A stretch of 64,000 bases of DNA from an uncultured Alphaproteobacteria bacterium (GTDB lineage Bacteria > Pseudomonadota > Alphaproteobacteria > Rhizobiales > Rhodomicrobiaceae): contig CAVRSS010000102.1 in the NCBI GenBank assembly GCA_963723755.1, forward strand, positions 377 through 64,376, in the 5' to 3' direction. Position 1 is the stretch's first letter. Each line of letters starts with the position of its first letter. Both the position numbers and the translations under genes were made by a program. Below the pieces are notes generated by a model. That model was given only the letters and a program-made list of their open reading frames with translations. It had not been told where the DNA came from and ran no database searches. Of this stretch, positions 54,032 through 64,000 are shown piece by piece.

Positions 54032-55768
54032 TTGACGCACCTTGCAGCAGAGAGATCCTATGACATGCCCGGCGAAATTTCTGCCGCCGAGCAACGCAAG
54101 GTGCTGGTTGCCTCGTCGCTCGGCACCGTCTTCGAGTGGTACGACTTCTACCTCTACGGTTCGCTCGCAGCCATCATCGGCGCCCACTTCTTTTCGGGCC
54201 TGACCGAGTCCGGGCAGTTCATCTTTGCTCTTCTGGCGTTTGCGGCAGGTTTTTTCGTCCGGCCTTTCGGCGCGGTGTTTTTCGGCCGGCTCGGCGATCT
54301 GGTCGGGCGCAAATATACCTTTCTCATCACAATCTTCATCATGGGCCTGTCCACCTTCGCGGTGGGAATCCTCCCGGGCTATGACTCCATCGGCATGGCT
54401 GCCCCCGTCATCCTGATTGGGCTCAGGCTGCTTCAGGGCCTCGCGCTTGGCGGCGAATATGGCGGCGCCGCGATCTATGTTGCCGAGCACGCCGAGCGTA
54501 ACCGGCGCGGCTACCGGACGAGTTGGATTCAAACGACCGCGACGCTCGGCCTCTTCCTGTCGCTGATTATCATTTTGCTGTGCCGCGAACTTGCGCCGGG
54601 CGCTACGGCCGCTGAACAGGCGGCGTCTTTCTCCACCGAATGGGGCCTTTGGCGCCTGCCGTTCCTGTTATCCATTTTCCTTCTCCTGATTTCAGTCTGG
54701 ATTCGGCTCAGCCTGAATGAGTTCCCCGTTTGGAGGCAGATGAAGGAGGAGGGCAGGGCATCGAAAGCGCCCGTAGCGGAGGCGTTCGGCAATTGGCGGA
54801 ATGGCCACATCGTTCTCATGGCGCTTCTGGGGCTTACCGCAGGTCAGGCCGTGGTGTGGTATACGGGCCAGTTTTACGCACTCTTCTTCCTGACGCAGAC
54901 GCTCAAGGTCGATCCGCATTGGGCGAACATCATGATCGCGTTGTCGCTCCTGATCGGCACGCCGTTCTTTATCTTCTTTGGCTGGCTTTCCGACAAGATC
55001 GGCCGGAAGGTCATCATCATGCTTGGCTGCCTGCTGGCGGTCCTCACCTACTACCCCACGGGGATTCTGAAACACATCCCCGGCGGCGAAGCCATCAGCT
55101 ATCCCGGCATTTTCGAACTCTTGACGGAGACAGCCAACCCCGAGTTGGCGGCCGCGATCGCCAAAACGCCCGTGACTGTCATCGCTGATCCGAATGAATG
55201 CCGGCTGCAGTTCGATCCGGTCGGCAAGTCGAAGTTCAGCGCTCCCTGCGATGTCGCCAAGGCGGCGCTTGTCAAGGCGGGCATCCCTTACAGCAATGAG
55301 GCCGGACCTTCGGGCTCCGCTCAAATCAGGATCGGCGACGAGATCATCCAATCTTTTGACGCAGCGGCTTCCGGCGCAAAGGTCGCAGAAGTTCGCTTCT
55401 CAGAACAGCTGAGCGAAGCGCTGAAAGCGGGGGGATATCCGGAGAAGTCATCTCTTGATGGTGTCGACTGGCGCGTTGTCGGTCTGCTCACGCTCCTCGT
55501 CCTTTACGTGACCATGGTTTATGGCCCGATCGCCGCCATGCTTGTGGAGCTTTTCCCGACCCGCATCCGCTATACGGCGATGTCGCTGCCCTATCATATT
55601 GGTAATGGCTGGTTTGGCGGCTTCCTGCCGATCACGGCCTTTGCGATCGTGGCGGCGACTGGCAACATCTATGCCGGCCTCATGTATCCGATTATTGTCG
55701 CGGCGATGACCTTCATCCTGGGTGTGCTCTTTCTTCGAGAAACGCGCGGCCGGGACATCATCAATTGA
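54032..55768 (+). CDS. MHS-family MFS transporter
   Basis: AGGAGG RBS before TTG; GTVFEWYDFY, QGLALGGEYGGA, YHIGNGWFGG. Confidence 0.92.
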   Translation: MTHLAAERSYDMPGEISAAEQRKVLVASSLGTVFEWYDFYLYGSLAAIIGAHFFSGLTESGQFIFALLAFAAGFFVRPFGAVFFGRLGDLVGRKYTFLITIFIMGLSTFAVGILPGYDSIGMAAPVILIGLRLLQGLALGGEYGGAAIYVAEHAERNRRGYRTSWIQTTATLGLFLSLIIILLCRELAPGATAAEQAASFSTEWGLWRLPFLLSIFLLLISVWIRLSLNEFPVWRQMKEEGRASKAPVAEAFGNWRNGHIVLMALLGLTAGQAVVWYTGQFYALFFLTQTLKVDPHWANIMIALSLLIGTPFFIFFGWLSDKIGRKVIIMLGCLLAVLTYYPTGILKHIPGGEAISYPGIFELLTETANPELAAAIAKTPVTVIADPNECRLQFDPVGKSKFSAPCDVAKAALVKAGIPYSNEAGPSGSAQIRIGDEIIQSFDAAASGAKVAEVRFSEQLSEALKAGGYPEKSSLDGVDWRVVGLLTLLVLYVTMVYGPIAAMLVELFPTRIRYTAMSLPYHIGNGWFGGFLPITAFAIVAATGNIYAGLMYPIIVAAMTFILGVLFLRETRGRDIIN

Positions 55769-55796
55769 TGAGCCGAAGGGACCTCCTTTTAAACTC

Positions 55797-55824
55797 GGCC
55801 GGGATTTCCCGGCCTTTCTTTTTC
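55797..55824 (+). terminator. Intrinsic terminator
   Basis: GGCCGGG-ATTT-CCCGGCC-TTTCTTTTT. Confidence 0.7.
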
Positions 55825-55872
55825 CTGAGCCCACTCTCTACGGTTTGCGCAGCCTAAAAAAACTGTTACTCT

Positions 55873-57216
55873 TTGAGGTTAGCAGGTCGGGGGGCGAACG
55901 AATCCTGCGGAGACGATGCCGACGGGAGGTCTAGGTTGAGCACCGGAGAGCGGAGGGTTGCTGCGACAGACGGCGCTGGCCTGGCTTCAGCAGCCCTTGA
56001 CGGCCAAGCTAACGGCGGGTTCGGCTCAACTCCTAGGGCCTGCGAGGCTCGCCGAGGGGCCATTCCCCCGATTAAGATAACTGCGCCATATCGCAATGGA
56101 GCCGTTCCCGCGAAACACGGAAACGGAGCGGCCGTTGTCTCCGGCGCCATCTATGGCGCTCTCGATCTTGGCACCAACAACTGCCGCCTCCTTGTCGCCC
56201 GGCCTTCGCGGCGCGGTTTCTTCGTCATCGACGCCTTCTCCCAAATCATTAAGCTCGGCGAGGGCGTAAGTCATTCCGGCTTCCTCTCGGAACATGCGAT
56301 TACACGCACGATCGACGCCTTGAAGGTTTGTTCGGCCAAGATGGCGCGAAGAGGCGTGACCCGCTCTCGGCTGGTGGCGACGGAAGCCTGCCGCATCGCA
56401 AAAAACGGGCCTGACTTCATCGCCCGCGTCAAACGCGAAACGGGGCTTGCGCTTGAAATCATCGGCCGTGAGACGGAGGCTCGGCTTGCGGTCTCGGGGT
56501 GCGCATCCCTCATCGACAAGCAAAGCGACTACGCGCTGATCTTCGACATTGGCGGCGGCTCATCCGAATTCGTCTGGCTCAATCTCAGGAACGGCCACCG
56601 CTCAAAGCGCATTTCGATCGAAGACCGCCTGAAAATTCAGGATTGCATCGAAGCCTGGACGTCGCTGCCATTCGGCGTCGTCACGCTCGCGGAACGCTTC
56701 GGCAGCAACCGGGCGGAGGGCTTTCAGTTCGAGGACATGGTGAGCTTCGTGCAAGCGAAGCTTGAGCCTTTCAGTGGAGCCAACGGCATTAGCGAGAAGG
56801 TCGCTCACGCTGGCACACATCTTCTTGGCACGTCAGGAACCGTCACGACCATCGCTGGCGTCTATCTCGGCCTCTCGGAATACCATCGCGCCAAGGTGGA
56901 CGGCTGCTGGCTGTCAACCGACAGCATTCGGGATGTGACAAGGCGCATCACCGCCATGAACTGGGAACAGCGTGCGGCCCAGCCTTGTATCGGTGCGGAA
57001 AGAGCCGACCTTATCCTTGCCGGTTGCGCCATCATGGAAGCCATGTTGAGAGTATGGCCGGTAAAATCCCTTCGTGTCGCCGACCGGGGTCTCCGGGAAG
57101 GCATCCTTGCAACATTGATCGCCGAAGACGCCATCCGCGAGCGCGCCGCCCCGGCAATCCACAGCCCGCCATTCATTCATGACCAAGCGAGAGCCAAATC
57201 TGGACCGGTCTTTTAA
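55873..57216 (+). CDS. Ppx/GppA family phosphatase (start uncertain)
   Basis: ALDLGTNNCRL, ATEACR, DIGGGSSE, GTSGT, GLREG. Confidence 0.9.
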   Translation: MRLAGRGANESCGDDADGRSRLSTGERRVAATDGAGLASAALDGQANGGFGSTPRACEARRGAIPPIKITAPYRNGAVPAKHGNGAAVVSGAIYGALDLGTNNCRLLVARPSRRGFFVIDAFSQIIKLGEGVSHSGFLSEHAITRTIDALKVCSAKMARRGVTRSRLVATEACRIAKNGPDFIARVKRETGLALEIIGRETEARLAVSGCASLIDKQSDYALIFDIGGGSSEFVWLNLRNGHRSKRISIEDRLKIQDCIEAWTSLPFGVVTLAERFGSNRAEGFQFEDMVSFVQAKLEPFSGANGISEKVAHAGTHLLGTSGTVTTIAGVYLGLSEYHRAKVDGCWLSTDSIRDVTRRITAMNWEQRAAQPCIGAERADLILAGCAIMEAMLRVWPVKSLRVADRGLREGILATLIAEDAIRERAAPAIHSPPFIHDQARAKSGPVF

Positions 57217-57892
57217 GGTCAAACTGAAGAAGTCCCGCGGCCGCACGAACTCGTCCAGGCATTGGCTCGAGCGGCAGCTGAACGACCCTTACGTGGCCGC
57301 CGCGAAGCGCGAAGGCTATCGCAGCCGGGCGGCCTATAAGCTTGAGGAAATCACGGACAAGTATGGTCTGTTGAAGCCCGGCGATGTGGTTGTCGATCTT
57401 GGAGCGGCTCCGGGCGGTTGGAGCCAGATCGCGGCAAAGCGTGTTCACGCGGCCGACGGCAAAGGTGCGGTGGTGGCGCTCGATATTCTGCCCTTCGATG
57501 CGATCCCGGGCGTAACCATTCTGCAGCAGGACTTCAGCGAGCCGGGCGCGGACGAGAAATTGCTTTCCGCGCTGGCAGGGCGCAGGCCGAGTGCGGTTCT
57601 ATCCGACATGGCCGCTCCCGCCACGGGGCATCGGCAAACCGACCACCTCCGCATCATGGGCCTCGCGGAAGAAGCGGTGGCGTTCGCCCTCCAGGTTCTG
57701 GCGCCGGGCGGAGCCTTCCTTGCAAAGGTTTTGCAGGGAGGGAGCGAGAAAACCCTGCTCGACACCCTGAAGCGCGATTTCGCAAACGTCCGGCACGTCA
57801 AGCCGAAAGCAAGCCGGGCGGAGTCACCGGAGCTTTACGTCCTCGCAATAGGATTTCGCGGAAGCGCAGCCAGCCCTACCGAGTCGGATTAG
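57179..57892 (+). CDS. rlmE: 23S rRNA Um2552 methyltransferase
   Basis: YRSRAAYKL, DLGAAPGGWS, LSDMA, KPKASR..S.E.Y. Confidence 0.95.
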   Translation: MTKREPNLDRSFKVKLKKSRGRTNSSRHWLERQLNDPYVAAAKREGYRSRAAYKLEEITDKYGLLKPGDVVVDLGAAPGGWSQIAAKRVHAADGKGAVVALDILPFDAIPGVTILQQDFSEPGADEKLLSALAGRRPSAVLSDMAAPATGHRQTDHLRIMGLAEEAVAFALQVLAPGGAFLAKVLQGGSEKTLLDTLKRDFANVRHVKPKASRAESPELYVLAIGFRGSAASPTESD

Positions 57893-59042
57893 GCTGAGGG
57901 ACAGCCTCCAGGGGCGTCGCGCCATCGCCCGATGCCGGAGCGGCAGACACAGGCTGGGCAGGCGCGTTCTGCACCGCTTGGGATATACGCCGCGCAAAAG
58001 CCGCATCCGATTTACCTGGGCTGGCATCGGCACGCTTCGAGATTTTTAGCGCTTTTTCGGACTCTGCGATCTGCTCGGGCGAATATTCACGCGCGTTACA
58101 CGAGCAGCCCCTGATATAGACCTTCCGGTTCCGGAACGCATAGGGCATCGACGCATAAGGGCGCCCGTTCAGGGAGACCATCTGGTCCACATCCTGATCG
58201 GACCGATGATAAAAGAGATTGGCCGGAGAGGCGCACAAAGAGTGGCACTTCGCTTCGTCGTCGCGGAATTTGGCTTCTGAGGCGTAGTTGCTAATCGGAA
58301 AATAGAAGCCGTCGCATTCGCGAACGCACAATGTCCGGTAAGAGGATGACCCTCCGCCATATCCCGGTGCGGGCGGCTGCGCCAAGCTCGGGGATGGCGG
58401 CTCGTCCGGCGAGCTTTGTTCCTCATTGCTGAAGAAAGAGAAGATCGAGGAGCTGTGGCTGCGCTGTGTTTCGCGTTCGTGCACATACTGCTCGCCGCAA
58501 TGGTTGCGCGCGAGTTCCGCGACAATGTCGTCGCGGCGTCCGCGCGGTGAGTTGCTTCGCGTGATTGCGTCGCGCTGGGCCCTCAGCTGGCCGAGCGTGG
58601 CCTTTGCGGCCTGGACCTGCTTGTCGAGATCCACGCAACGGGGTGTCCGACGCAGCGACCGGCCGAACAGAAACATATCGTCGTAACAGTTTGACCGATC
58701 AGCATCCGATTGAGCGCGATGGAATTCAGCGTCGGCTTGGCGCATGTCATTTTCAATGCGGGGAAGCTGATCCTGCCCGGCATTTGGCGAGTTGTTCGTC
58801 AGTTGCGCCTCAAGCTCCCGGCAACGGGGGTTCGTGGAACCGTAGGAAGGTTCCCGCGGGCCGCCATAGGCGGGCTGGCCATAGACGGGGCGTGGCGGAG
58901 ACTGGTCGTAGGATGACGGCTCATCGCCCCATCGGCCGCCGCCACCGCCCCAGCCCCAGCCTTGGCCGAGACCTTGATTTGCCCCGGCTGTCATCGCAAC
59001 AAGGGTGCAAAAGATGGTGAAGCCGCGAAGAAAAGTTCTCAT
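57876..59042 (-). CDS. Exported DUF2865-domain protein
   Basis: Signal peptide; YRTLCVRECDGFYFPIS, GCSC. Confidence 0.85.
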   Translation of the reverse strand: MRTFLRGFTIFCTLVAMTAGANQGLGQGWGWGGGGGRWGDEPSSYDQSPPRPVYGQPAYGGPREPSYGSTNPRCRELEAQLTNNSPNAGQDQLPRIENDMRQADAEFHRAQSDADRSNCYDDMFLFGRSLRRTPRCVDLDKQVQAAKATLGQLRAQRDAITRSNSPRGRRDDIVAELARNHCGEQYVHERETQRSHSSSIFSFFSNEEQSSPDEPPSPSLAQPPAPGYGGGSSSYRTLCVRECDGFYFPISNYASEAKFRDDEAKCHSLCASPANLFYHRSDQDVDQMVSLNGRPYASMPYAFRNRKVYIRGCSCNAREYSPEQIAESEKALKISKRADASPGKSDAAFARRISQAVQNAPAQPVSAAPASGDGATPLEAVPQPNPTR

Positions 59043-59355
59043 GTTACCCGTCGCCGATCGAAGACTGCCTTGCCCGACTGTGCCCTTCAGAGGTATGAGC
59101 CGCCCCCATCAGTTGGCGCAACGTGCCGAATGCATTTCAAGCAAATGCCCTCGCAGCATGCGTTCATCATCGGCACATTTTTTTATTAAGTCGTGTGCCG
59201 TCCAGCTTGACCTGCAACAAATTTACGGCAATGGTCGGGCGATGAGACAAAAAGTTTCTCACATCTCCCGGTGCATTATTAACGCGAGCTAAAACAAACG
59301 CTGGCGCGGTGAGATTTGTGTTTCAATGATGAGCCCGCCAGCAAAGGCAGGGCTT

Positions 59356-60754
59356 ATGACGTTCAAGCTATATAATACACGGACCCGTCGGAAGGAGCAC
59401 TTCGAGCCAATCGATTCGAAGGCTGTACGCATGTATGTCTGCGGCCCTACGGTTTATGACTACGCGCATATCGGCAATGCGCGGCCCGTGATCGTATTTG
59501 ACGTGCTGTTCCGGCTTCTGCGCCATCTCTATGGGCCGGACCATGTTACTTATGTGCGCAACATCACCGATGTGGACGACAAGATCAACGCTCGCGCGGC
59601 CGAGGAAGGCATCCCGATCCGCGAACTGACGGAGCGTACCGCCGCCCAGTTCCACGCCGATGTCGCGGCGATTGGCGCTTTGCCTCCGACAATCGAGCCG
59701 CGTGCGACGGAGCACATCCCGGAGATGGTCGCGCTTATTCAGCGGCTGATCGAGCGCGGGCACGCTTACGCGGCGGAAGGGCATGTGCTGTTCGACGTGG
59801 CCTCCGACGCGACCTATGGCGAGCTTGCACGCCGCTCAACCGACGAAATGCGCGCGGGCGCCCGCGTCGAGGTTGCGCCCTATAAGCGCGATCCGATGGA
59901 TTGCGTTGTGGAAGCCAAGCGCCGGATCGGAACCCGGCTGGGAAAGCCCCTGGGGATACGGCCGGCCCGGATGGCATCTCGAATGCTCGGCGATGTCCGC
60001 GAAGCACTTGGGCAATGTCTTCGACATTCATGGCGGCGGCATCGATCTCCTCTTTCCGCACCATGAAAATGAGGTCGCGCAATCCACTTGCGCGCACGGC
60101 ACCGAAATCATGGCCAACATCTGGATGCACAACGGGCATCTCCAGGTGGAAGGGCAGAAGATGTCGAAGTCGCTCGGCAATTTCGTCACCATCCATGAGC
60201 TTCTTGCGACGACGAATTTTGGCAATCAGCCTTGGCACGGCAAAGTAATCAGGTTCGCCATGCTAGGCGCACATTATCGGCAGCCGATGGACTGGACGGT
60301 TGACCGGCTGGCCCAAGCTCGAAGCGCTCTCGGCGATTGGGCAAGCCTTGTCCATGGAGCACCTGCGGACGAAGAAATGGACGCAGAAGTTCTGAGCGCG
60401 CTGGAGGATGATCTCAACACTCCTGCCGTGATTGCGATCCTCCATGGGTTAGGGAAACATGGGTCGTCAAATCAAGGCGATCTCAAGCGACTGGCAACGG
60501 CGCTGCGCTTCCTCGGCCTCTACGATAACGAGGGCAAGACAGACTTCGACGTTGGTTATGAAGCGAAGGAAGCCAGCGTAGATTCGGCCAAGGTCGAGTC
60601 CCTGAAGAACGCTCGGGTGGCCGCGCGAAAGGCGAAGGACTGGGCGGAGGCCGATCGAATTAGGGACGAGCTTGTCGCGATGGGCATCATCCTGATGGAT
60701 GCGAAGAACCCCATTACAGGCGAGATCGAAACGACCTGGAAAATCGCGCGATGA
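59356..60754 (+). CDS. cysS: Cysteine-tRNA ligase (apparent indel near 59900)
   Basis: [34 protein letters not shown]. Confidence 0.95.
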
Positions 60755-60791
60755 ACGGCAGTAGCGAGGTCAAACCCTCTCCCCTCGCGGG

Positions 60792-62251
60792 CTACGGTGT
60801 TCATACAAGTGAGTTTGGGATTCCCATCTTTGCGTTTTCGTGCGAGTCGAGCGAAAAGCGCAGCGATTCGCGGGGAGGCGGGGATGGGGCTAGCCAAGGG
60901 CCGGAAAACGCAAGGCGATATCCGGCTGGACCGGCGGCGCGATGCGATCGTGACCAGGATCGTGGCGACTGGCTCGCTCGTGCAGCGCAAGGTGGGCGGG
61001 GATCGCAATGGCGAGATCGCCATGAAGAATTTCCTCGGCTCGCCGAAGGCTACGGTTAAGTCTGTCATTGCGGCGGATGTAGCTCTGACCGCGGCGGCGG
61101 CCAGGGGGCGGCGCGTGGTGGCGGCCCAAGACACGACGGAGGTGAATTTTTCGGGGCGGGACAAGCGCCGCAAGGGCCTTGGGCCAGGCGGCGACGGCAA
61201 GAGCCCTGGATTTTTCACCCACGCCACACTCGCCATCGATGCGGATGCCGAAGCCGTCATCGGCCTGGTGTCCGCGCAAATCTGGACGCGCGAGATGGAA
61301 CGCGAGGTGGAGTACGCCAAACTGCCCTTTGAGGACAAGGAAAGCGCGCGCTGGCTTAAAGGCGCCGAAAGCGCAGCGGAAGTGCTTGACGGCGCCGAGC
61401 AAATCGTCGTTGTGGGCGACCGGGAGAGCGACATTTATCCTCTGTTCGCCCGCAAGCCCAAGCGGGTCGATCTCGTGGTCCGCGCGGCGAGGGACCGCAA
61501 GCTTGGCGGTGGAGGAACGATGTTCGAGGCGGTATCGGATTGGTCCGTGCTGGGCGGGCAAATCGTTGAGGTTGCCCCCAAGGGCATCGGCGATAAAGGG
61601 CGGACGGCAAAGGTTCTGCTCAAGGCAGGAACAGTTACGATCAAGCGGCCGGCCAGGGGATGCAGTAAAACCGATCCACAAACGCTGACCCTGACTGTGG
61701 TGGAGGCGGCTGAAGCCGATGCGCCGGAAGGAGCATCGCTTTTGTGGCGGCTTATCACCACGCTGCCCGCCCAAAATCTTGAGCAAGCCATGGATGTGGT
61801 CCGGCTCTACCGCTTGCGCTGGCGCATCGAACAGCTGTTTAGAACGTTGAAAAAAGACGGGCTCGATCTTGAAGCCACCCAGATCGCGGAGGCCAGCAGT
61901 ATCATGAAGCTGGCCGCGCTGGGCGCCGTCGCAAGCTGCCGCATCATGCAGCTTGTCGATGCCCGCGACGGCAGCACAAGGCCCGCCACCGACGCCATCG
62001 CGCCAGAACAGATCGAGGCCGCCGCGGCTATCTCCGAGAGCCTCGAAGGCCGGACGAACCGCCAGAAGAACCCCTGGGAAAAAGGCTCGCTGGCTTGGCT
62101 GGCCTGGATTGCGGCCCGGCTAGGCGGCTGGAACTGCTATTATAAGAAACCCGGCCCCAAAACCATGGCGGATGGCTGGAAGCGCCTTCGCACTATGCTT
62201 GAAGGCGCCGCTATCGCAATGGGGAGGCTCCAACTTGTTTGAATCCCGTAG
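60792..62251 (+). mobile_element. IS4 family insertion sequence, 1460 bp
   Basis: TIRs CTACGGTGTTCATACAAG / CTTGTTTGAATCCCGTAG; 10-bp TSD CCCTCGCGGG at 60782-60791 and 62252-62261. Confidence 0.95.
60884..62242 (+). CDS. IS4 family DDE transposase
   Basis: AQDTTE, KESARW, GDRESDIY, YRLRWRIEQLFRTLK (YREK), IAARLGGW. Confidence 0.95.
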   Translation: MGLAKGRKTQGDIRLDRRRDAIVTRIVATGSLVQRKVGGDRNGEIAMKNFLGSPKATVKSVIAADVALTAAAARGRRVVAAQDTTEVNFSGRDKRRKGLGPGGDGKSPGFFTHATLAIDADAEAVIGLVSAQIWTREMEREVEYAKLPFEDKESARWLKGAESAAEVLDGAEQIVVVGDRESDIYPLFARKPKRVDLVVRAARDRKLGGGGTMFEAVSDWSVLGGQIVEVAPKGIGDKGRTAKVLLKAGTVTIKRPARGCSKTDPQTLTLTVVEAAEADAPEGASLLWRLITTLPAQNLEQAMDVVRLYRLRWRIEQLFRTLKKDGLDLEATQIAEASSIMKLAALGAVASCRIMQLVDARDGSTRPATDAIAPEQIEAAAAISESLEGRTNRQKNPWEKGSLAWLAWIAARLGGWNCYYKKPGPKTMADGWKRLRTMLEGAAIAMGRLQLV

Positions 62252-62643
62252 CCCTCGCGGGAGAGGGTGGCGTCCGGCAATGCCGGGCGCCGGGTGAGGG
62301 GGAAGCCGCTCACCTCACGCGCTTCAGCAGGGCTCGGCAATTGCGCCACAACATGACCGATGCCGAGCATGCGCTGTGGCGCATCTTACGTAACCGCCAG
62401 TTCGCGGGCGTAAAGGTTCGGCGTCAGGTTTCAGTCGGTCCGTACATCGCAGATTTCGTTTGTTACGATGCACGCCTCGTCATCGAAGCGGACGGCGGGC
62501 AGCATAACGAGTCGCCAGCGGACAGGGTGCGGGATGCCTGGTTCGCCGGGCAGGGATTTCGCGTCCTGCGGTTTTGGAATAACGAGATCTCAACAACCCC
62601 GAGGGCGTTGCCACTATCATCGCACTGTCTTTAAAAGGCGAAG

Positions 62644-62695
62644 CCCCCCTCACCCGGCCGCTTTGCGGCCACCCTCTCCCGCAGGGGGAGAGGGT
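62644..62695 (-). repeat. REP-like palindrome (right, inverted copy)
   Basis: CCCCTCACCCGGCCGCTTTGCGGCCACCCTCTCCCGCAGGGGGAGAGGG, near reverse complement of the left copy. Confidence 0.8.
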
Positions 62696-62719
62696 TACAT
62701 CCTCCACATTGGACGTATC

Positions 62720-64000
62720 ATGAAGAAAAAGCGGTTGTATCTCTTCGACACCACGCTCCGCGATGGTGCGCAAACCCTTGGCGTAGACTTCTCGGTGGAA
62801 GATAAGCTGTTGATTGCGCAGCGTCTCGACGCTCTCGGCATCGACTACATCGAGGGCGGCTATCCCGGCGCGAACCCCGTCGACACCGCCTTCTTCGATG
62901 CGCCGCCGCGCCTGAATGCAAAGCTCTGTGCCTTCGGTATGACGAAGCGGGTGGGCCGATCGATCTCGAACGACCCCGGTTTCCAGACTGTCGTACAGGC
63001 GAAGGCGGATGCGATCGTTCTCGTCGCGAAGTCGTGGGATTATCACGTGGACGTCGCGCTCGGTGTCACGAACGAAGAAAACCTCGAAGCAATCCGCGCA
63101 TCCGTCGAGGCGATCCTTGTGCAGGACAAGGAGCCGATTGTCGATTGCGAGCATTTCTTCGACGGCTACAAGGCGAACGCGGCCTACGCTCTGGCTTGCG
63201 CAAGGGCCGCTTACGAGGCAGGAGCGCGCTGGGTGGTTCTCTGCGACACGAATGGCGGCACGCTCCCGCATGAGGTCGAGGAGATCGTTACTGCGGTCGC
63301 GCGCGAAATCCCGTCCGAGGTCATCGGCATCCATGCCCATAACGACACGGAGAACGGCGTCGCCAATACGCTCGCGGCTGTGCGGGCTGGCGCCTGCCAG
63401 ATCCACGGCACGCTGAACGGCCTCGGCGAGCGCTGCGGCAATGCGAATCTCACGTCCATCATCCCGACGCTGCTCTTGAAAGAGGATTACGCGTCGAAGT
63501 TCGATACCGGCGTTACCCCGGCGGCGCTGCGGACGCTGAGGGCCGTGTCGCGCCAGCTCGATGAACTTTTGAACCGGACACCGGACAGGCACGCGCCCTA
63601 TGTCGGCGAATCGGCGTTCGCGCATAAGGGCGGCATTCACGCATCGGCGGTCGCCAAAGACCCCCGCTGCTACGAGCACGCGCCGCCGGAGAGCGTGGGG
63701 AACGCGCGCAAGCTTCTCGTCTCAAATCAGGCGGGGCGCTCGAACATCCTGGCGGAGTTGTCGCGCATCGGGATGGAAGCCGACAAGGACGATCCGCGGC
63801 TCGGCGCTCTTCTGGAAGAGGTGAAAACGAAGGAGGCTCAAGGCTATGCCTACGAAGCCGCCGATGCATCCTTCGAGCTTCTGGCTCGCCGCGCATTCGG
63901 CGAGGTGCCGGACTACTTCGACGTGGAGCGGTTCCGCGTGCTGGTAGAGCGCCGGCATAATGCGAAGGGCGATCTCGTGACGGTCTCCGAGGCCATCGTG
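62720..64000 (+). CDS. cimA: Citramalate synthase (runs off the window; absent from ORF track)
   Basis: MKKKRLYLFDTTLRDGAQT, IEGGYPGANP, LCDTNGG, IHAHND, GLGERCGNAN, AFAHKGGIH. Confidence 0.93.
   Translation, partial: MKKKRLYLFDTTLRDGAQTLGVDFSVEDKLLIAQRLDALGIDYIEGGYPGANPVDTAFFDAPPRLNAKLCAFGMTKRVGRSISNDPGFQTVVQAKADAIVLVAKSWDYHVDVALGVTNEENLEAIRASVEAILVQDKEPIVDCEHFFDGYKANAAYALACARAAYEAGARWVVLCDTNGGTLPHEVEEIVTAVAREIPSEVIGIHAHNDTENGVANTLAAVRAGACQIHGTLNGLGERCGNANLTSIIPTLLLKEDYASKFDTGVTPAALRTLRAVSRQLDELLNRTPDRHAPYVGESAFAHKGGIHASAVAKDPRCYEHAPPESVGNARKLLVSNQAGRSNILAELSRIGMEADKDDPRLGALLEEVKTKEAQGYAYEAADASFELLARRAFGEVPDYFDVERFRVLVERRHNAKGDLVTVSEAIV

Larger units (their letters stand above)
60775..62301 (+). 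repeat. REP-like palindrome split by IS4 (left copy)
   Basis: Reconstituted CCCTCTCCCCTCGCGGGAGAGGGTGGCGTCCGGCAATGCCGGGCGCCGGGTGAGGGG. Confidence 0.75.
60751..62723 (+). pseudogene. DUF559/Vsr-like (PD-(D/E)xK) endonuclease interrupted by IS4
   Basis: Removing IS and one TSD gives [17 protein letters not shown]...ARQLRHNMTDAE..LW...RRQ...YIADF...IEADGGQH...RD...VLRFWN; one indel near 62590. Confidence 0.8.

Noticed and set aside
1-64000. Mass pseudogenisation or programmed frameshifting
   Set aside because: Single-base indels occur in both segments and in essential cysS, without slippery-site signals; sequencing error is the simpler explanation.

Overview
The window joins two unrelated genomic segments at ~4349/4350. 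Bases 1-4349 are very GC-rich, Planctomycete-like DNA (FabH C-terminus, LptF/G permease, GT2 glycosyltransferase, Tat-exported GH38-like protein cut at the junction). Bases 4350-64000 are Alphaproteobacterial (Hyphomicrobiales-like; this assignment is inference). The second segment carries a ~15.6 kb type IV filament locus in which a Tad/Cpa set (two tadE-like, tadG, cpaC, tadD, tadC, tadB, cpaF) sits beside a secretin-less T2SS-like set (gspG-F-E, PilM/N/O-like, PilP/GspC-like, one prepilin peptidase). Then come stress/metabolic genes, an IS200, nlpD-pcm-surE, a SUV3-like helicase, hisA/H/B, hslVU, two divergent MFS paralogs, ppx-rlmE, and cysS-[DUF559::IS4]-cimA. Many genes, including essential cysS, have single-base indels that are most likely long-read errors. 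The most interesting structure is repetitive DNA: (i) a DUF559 nuclease ORF bracketed by, and translated through, inverted REP-like palindromes and coupled by ATGA overlaps into cysS-cimA, later split by an IS4 with a 10-bp TSD; (ii) five copies of a composite MITE (TIRs, YTAR target site) carrying a REP doublet whose arms are tandemly amplified up to 11 times; (iii) three proteins with long tandem peptide repeats. No rRNA, tRNA or CRISPR array was recognised.
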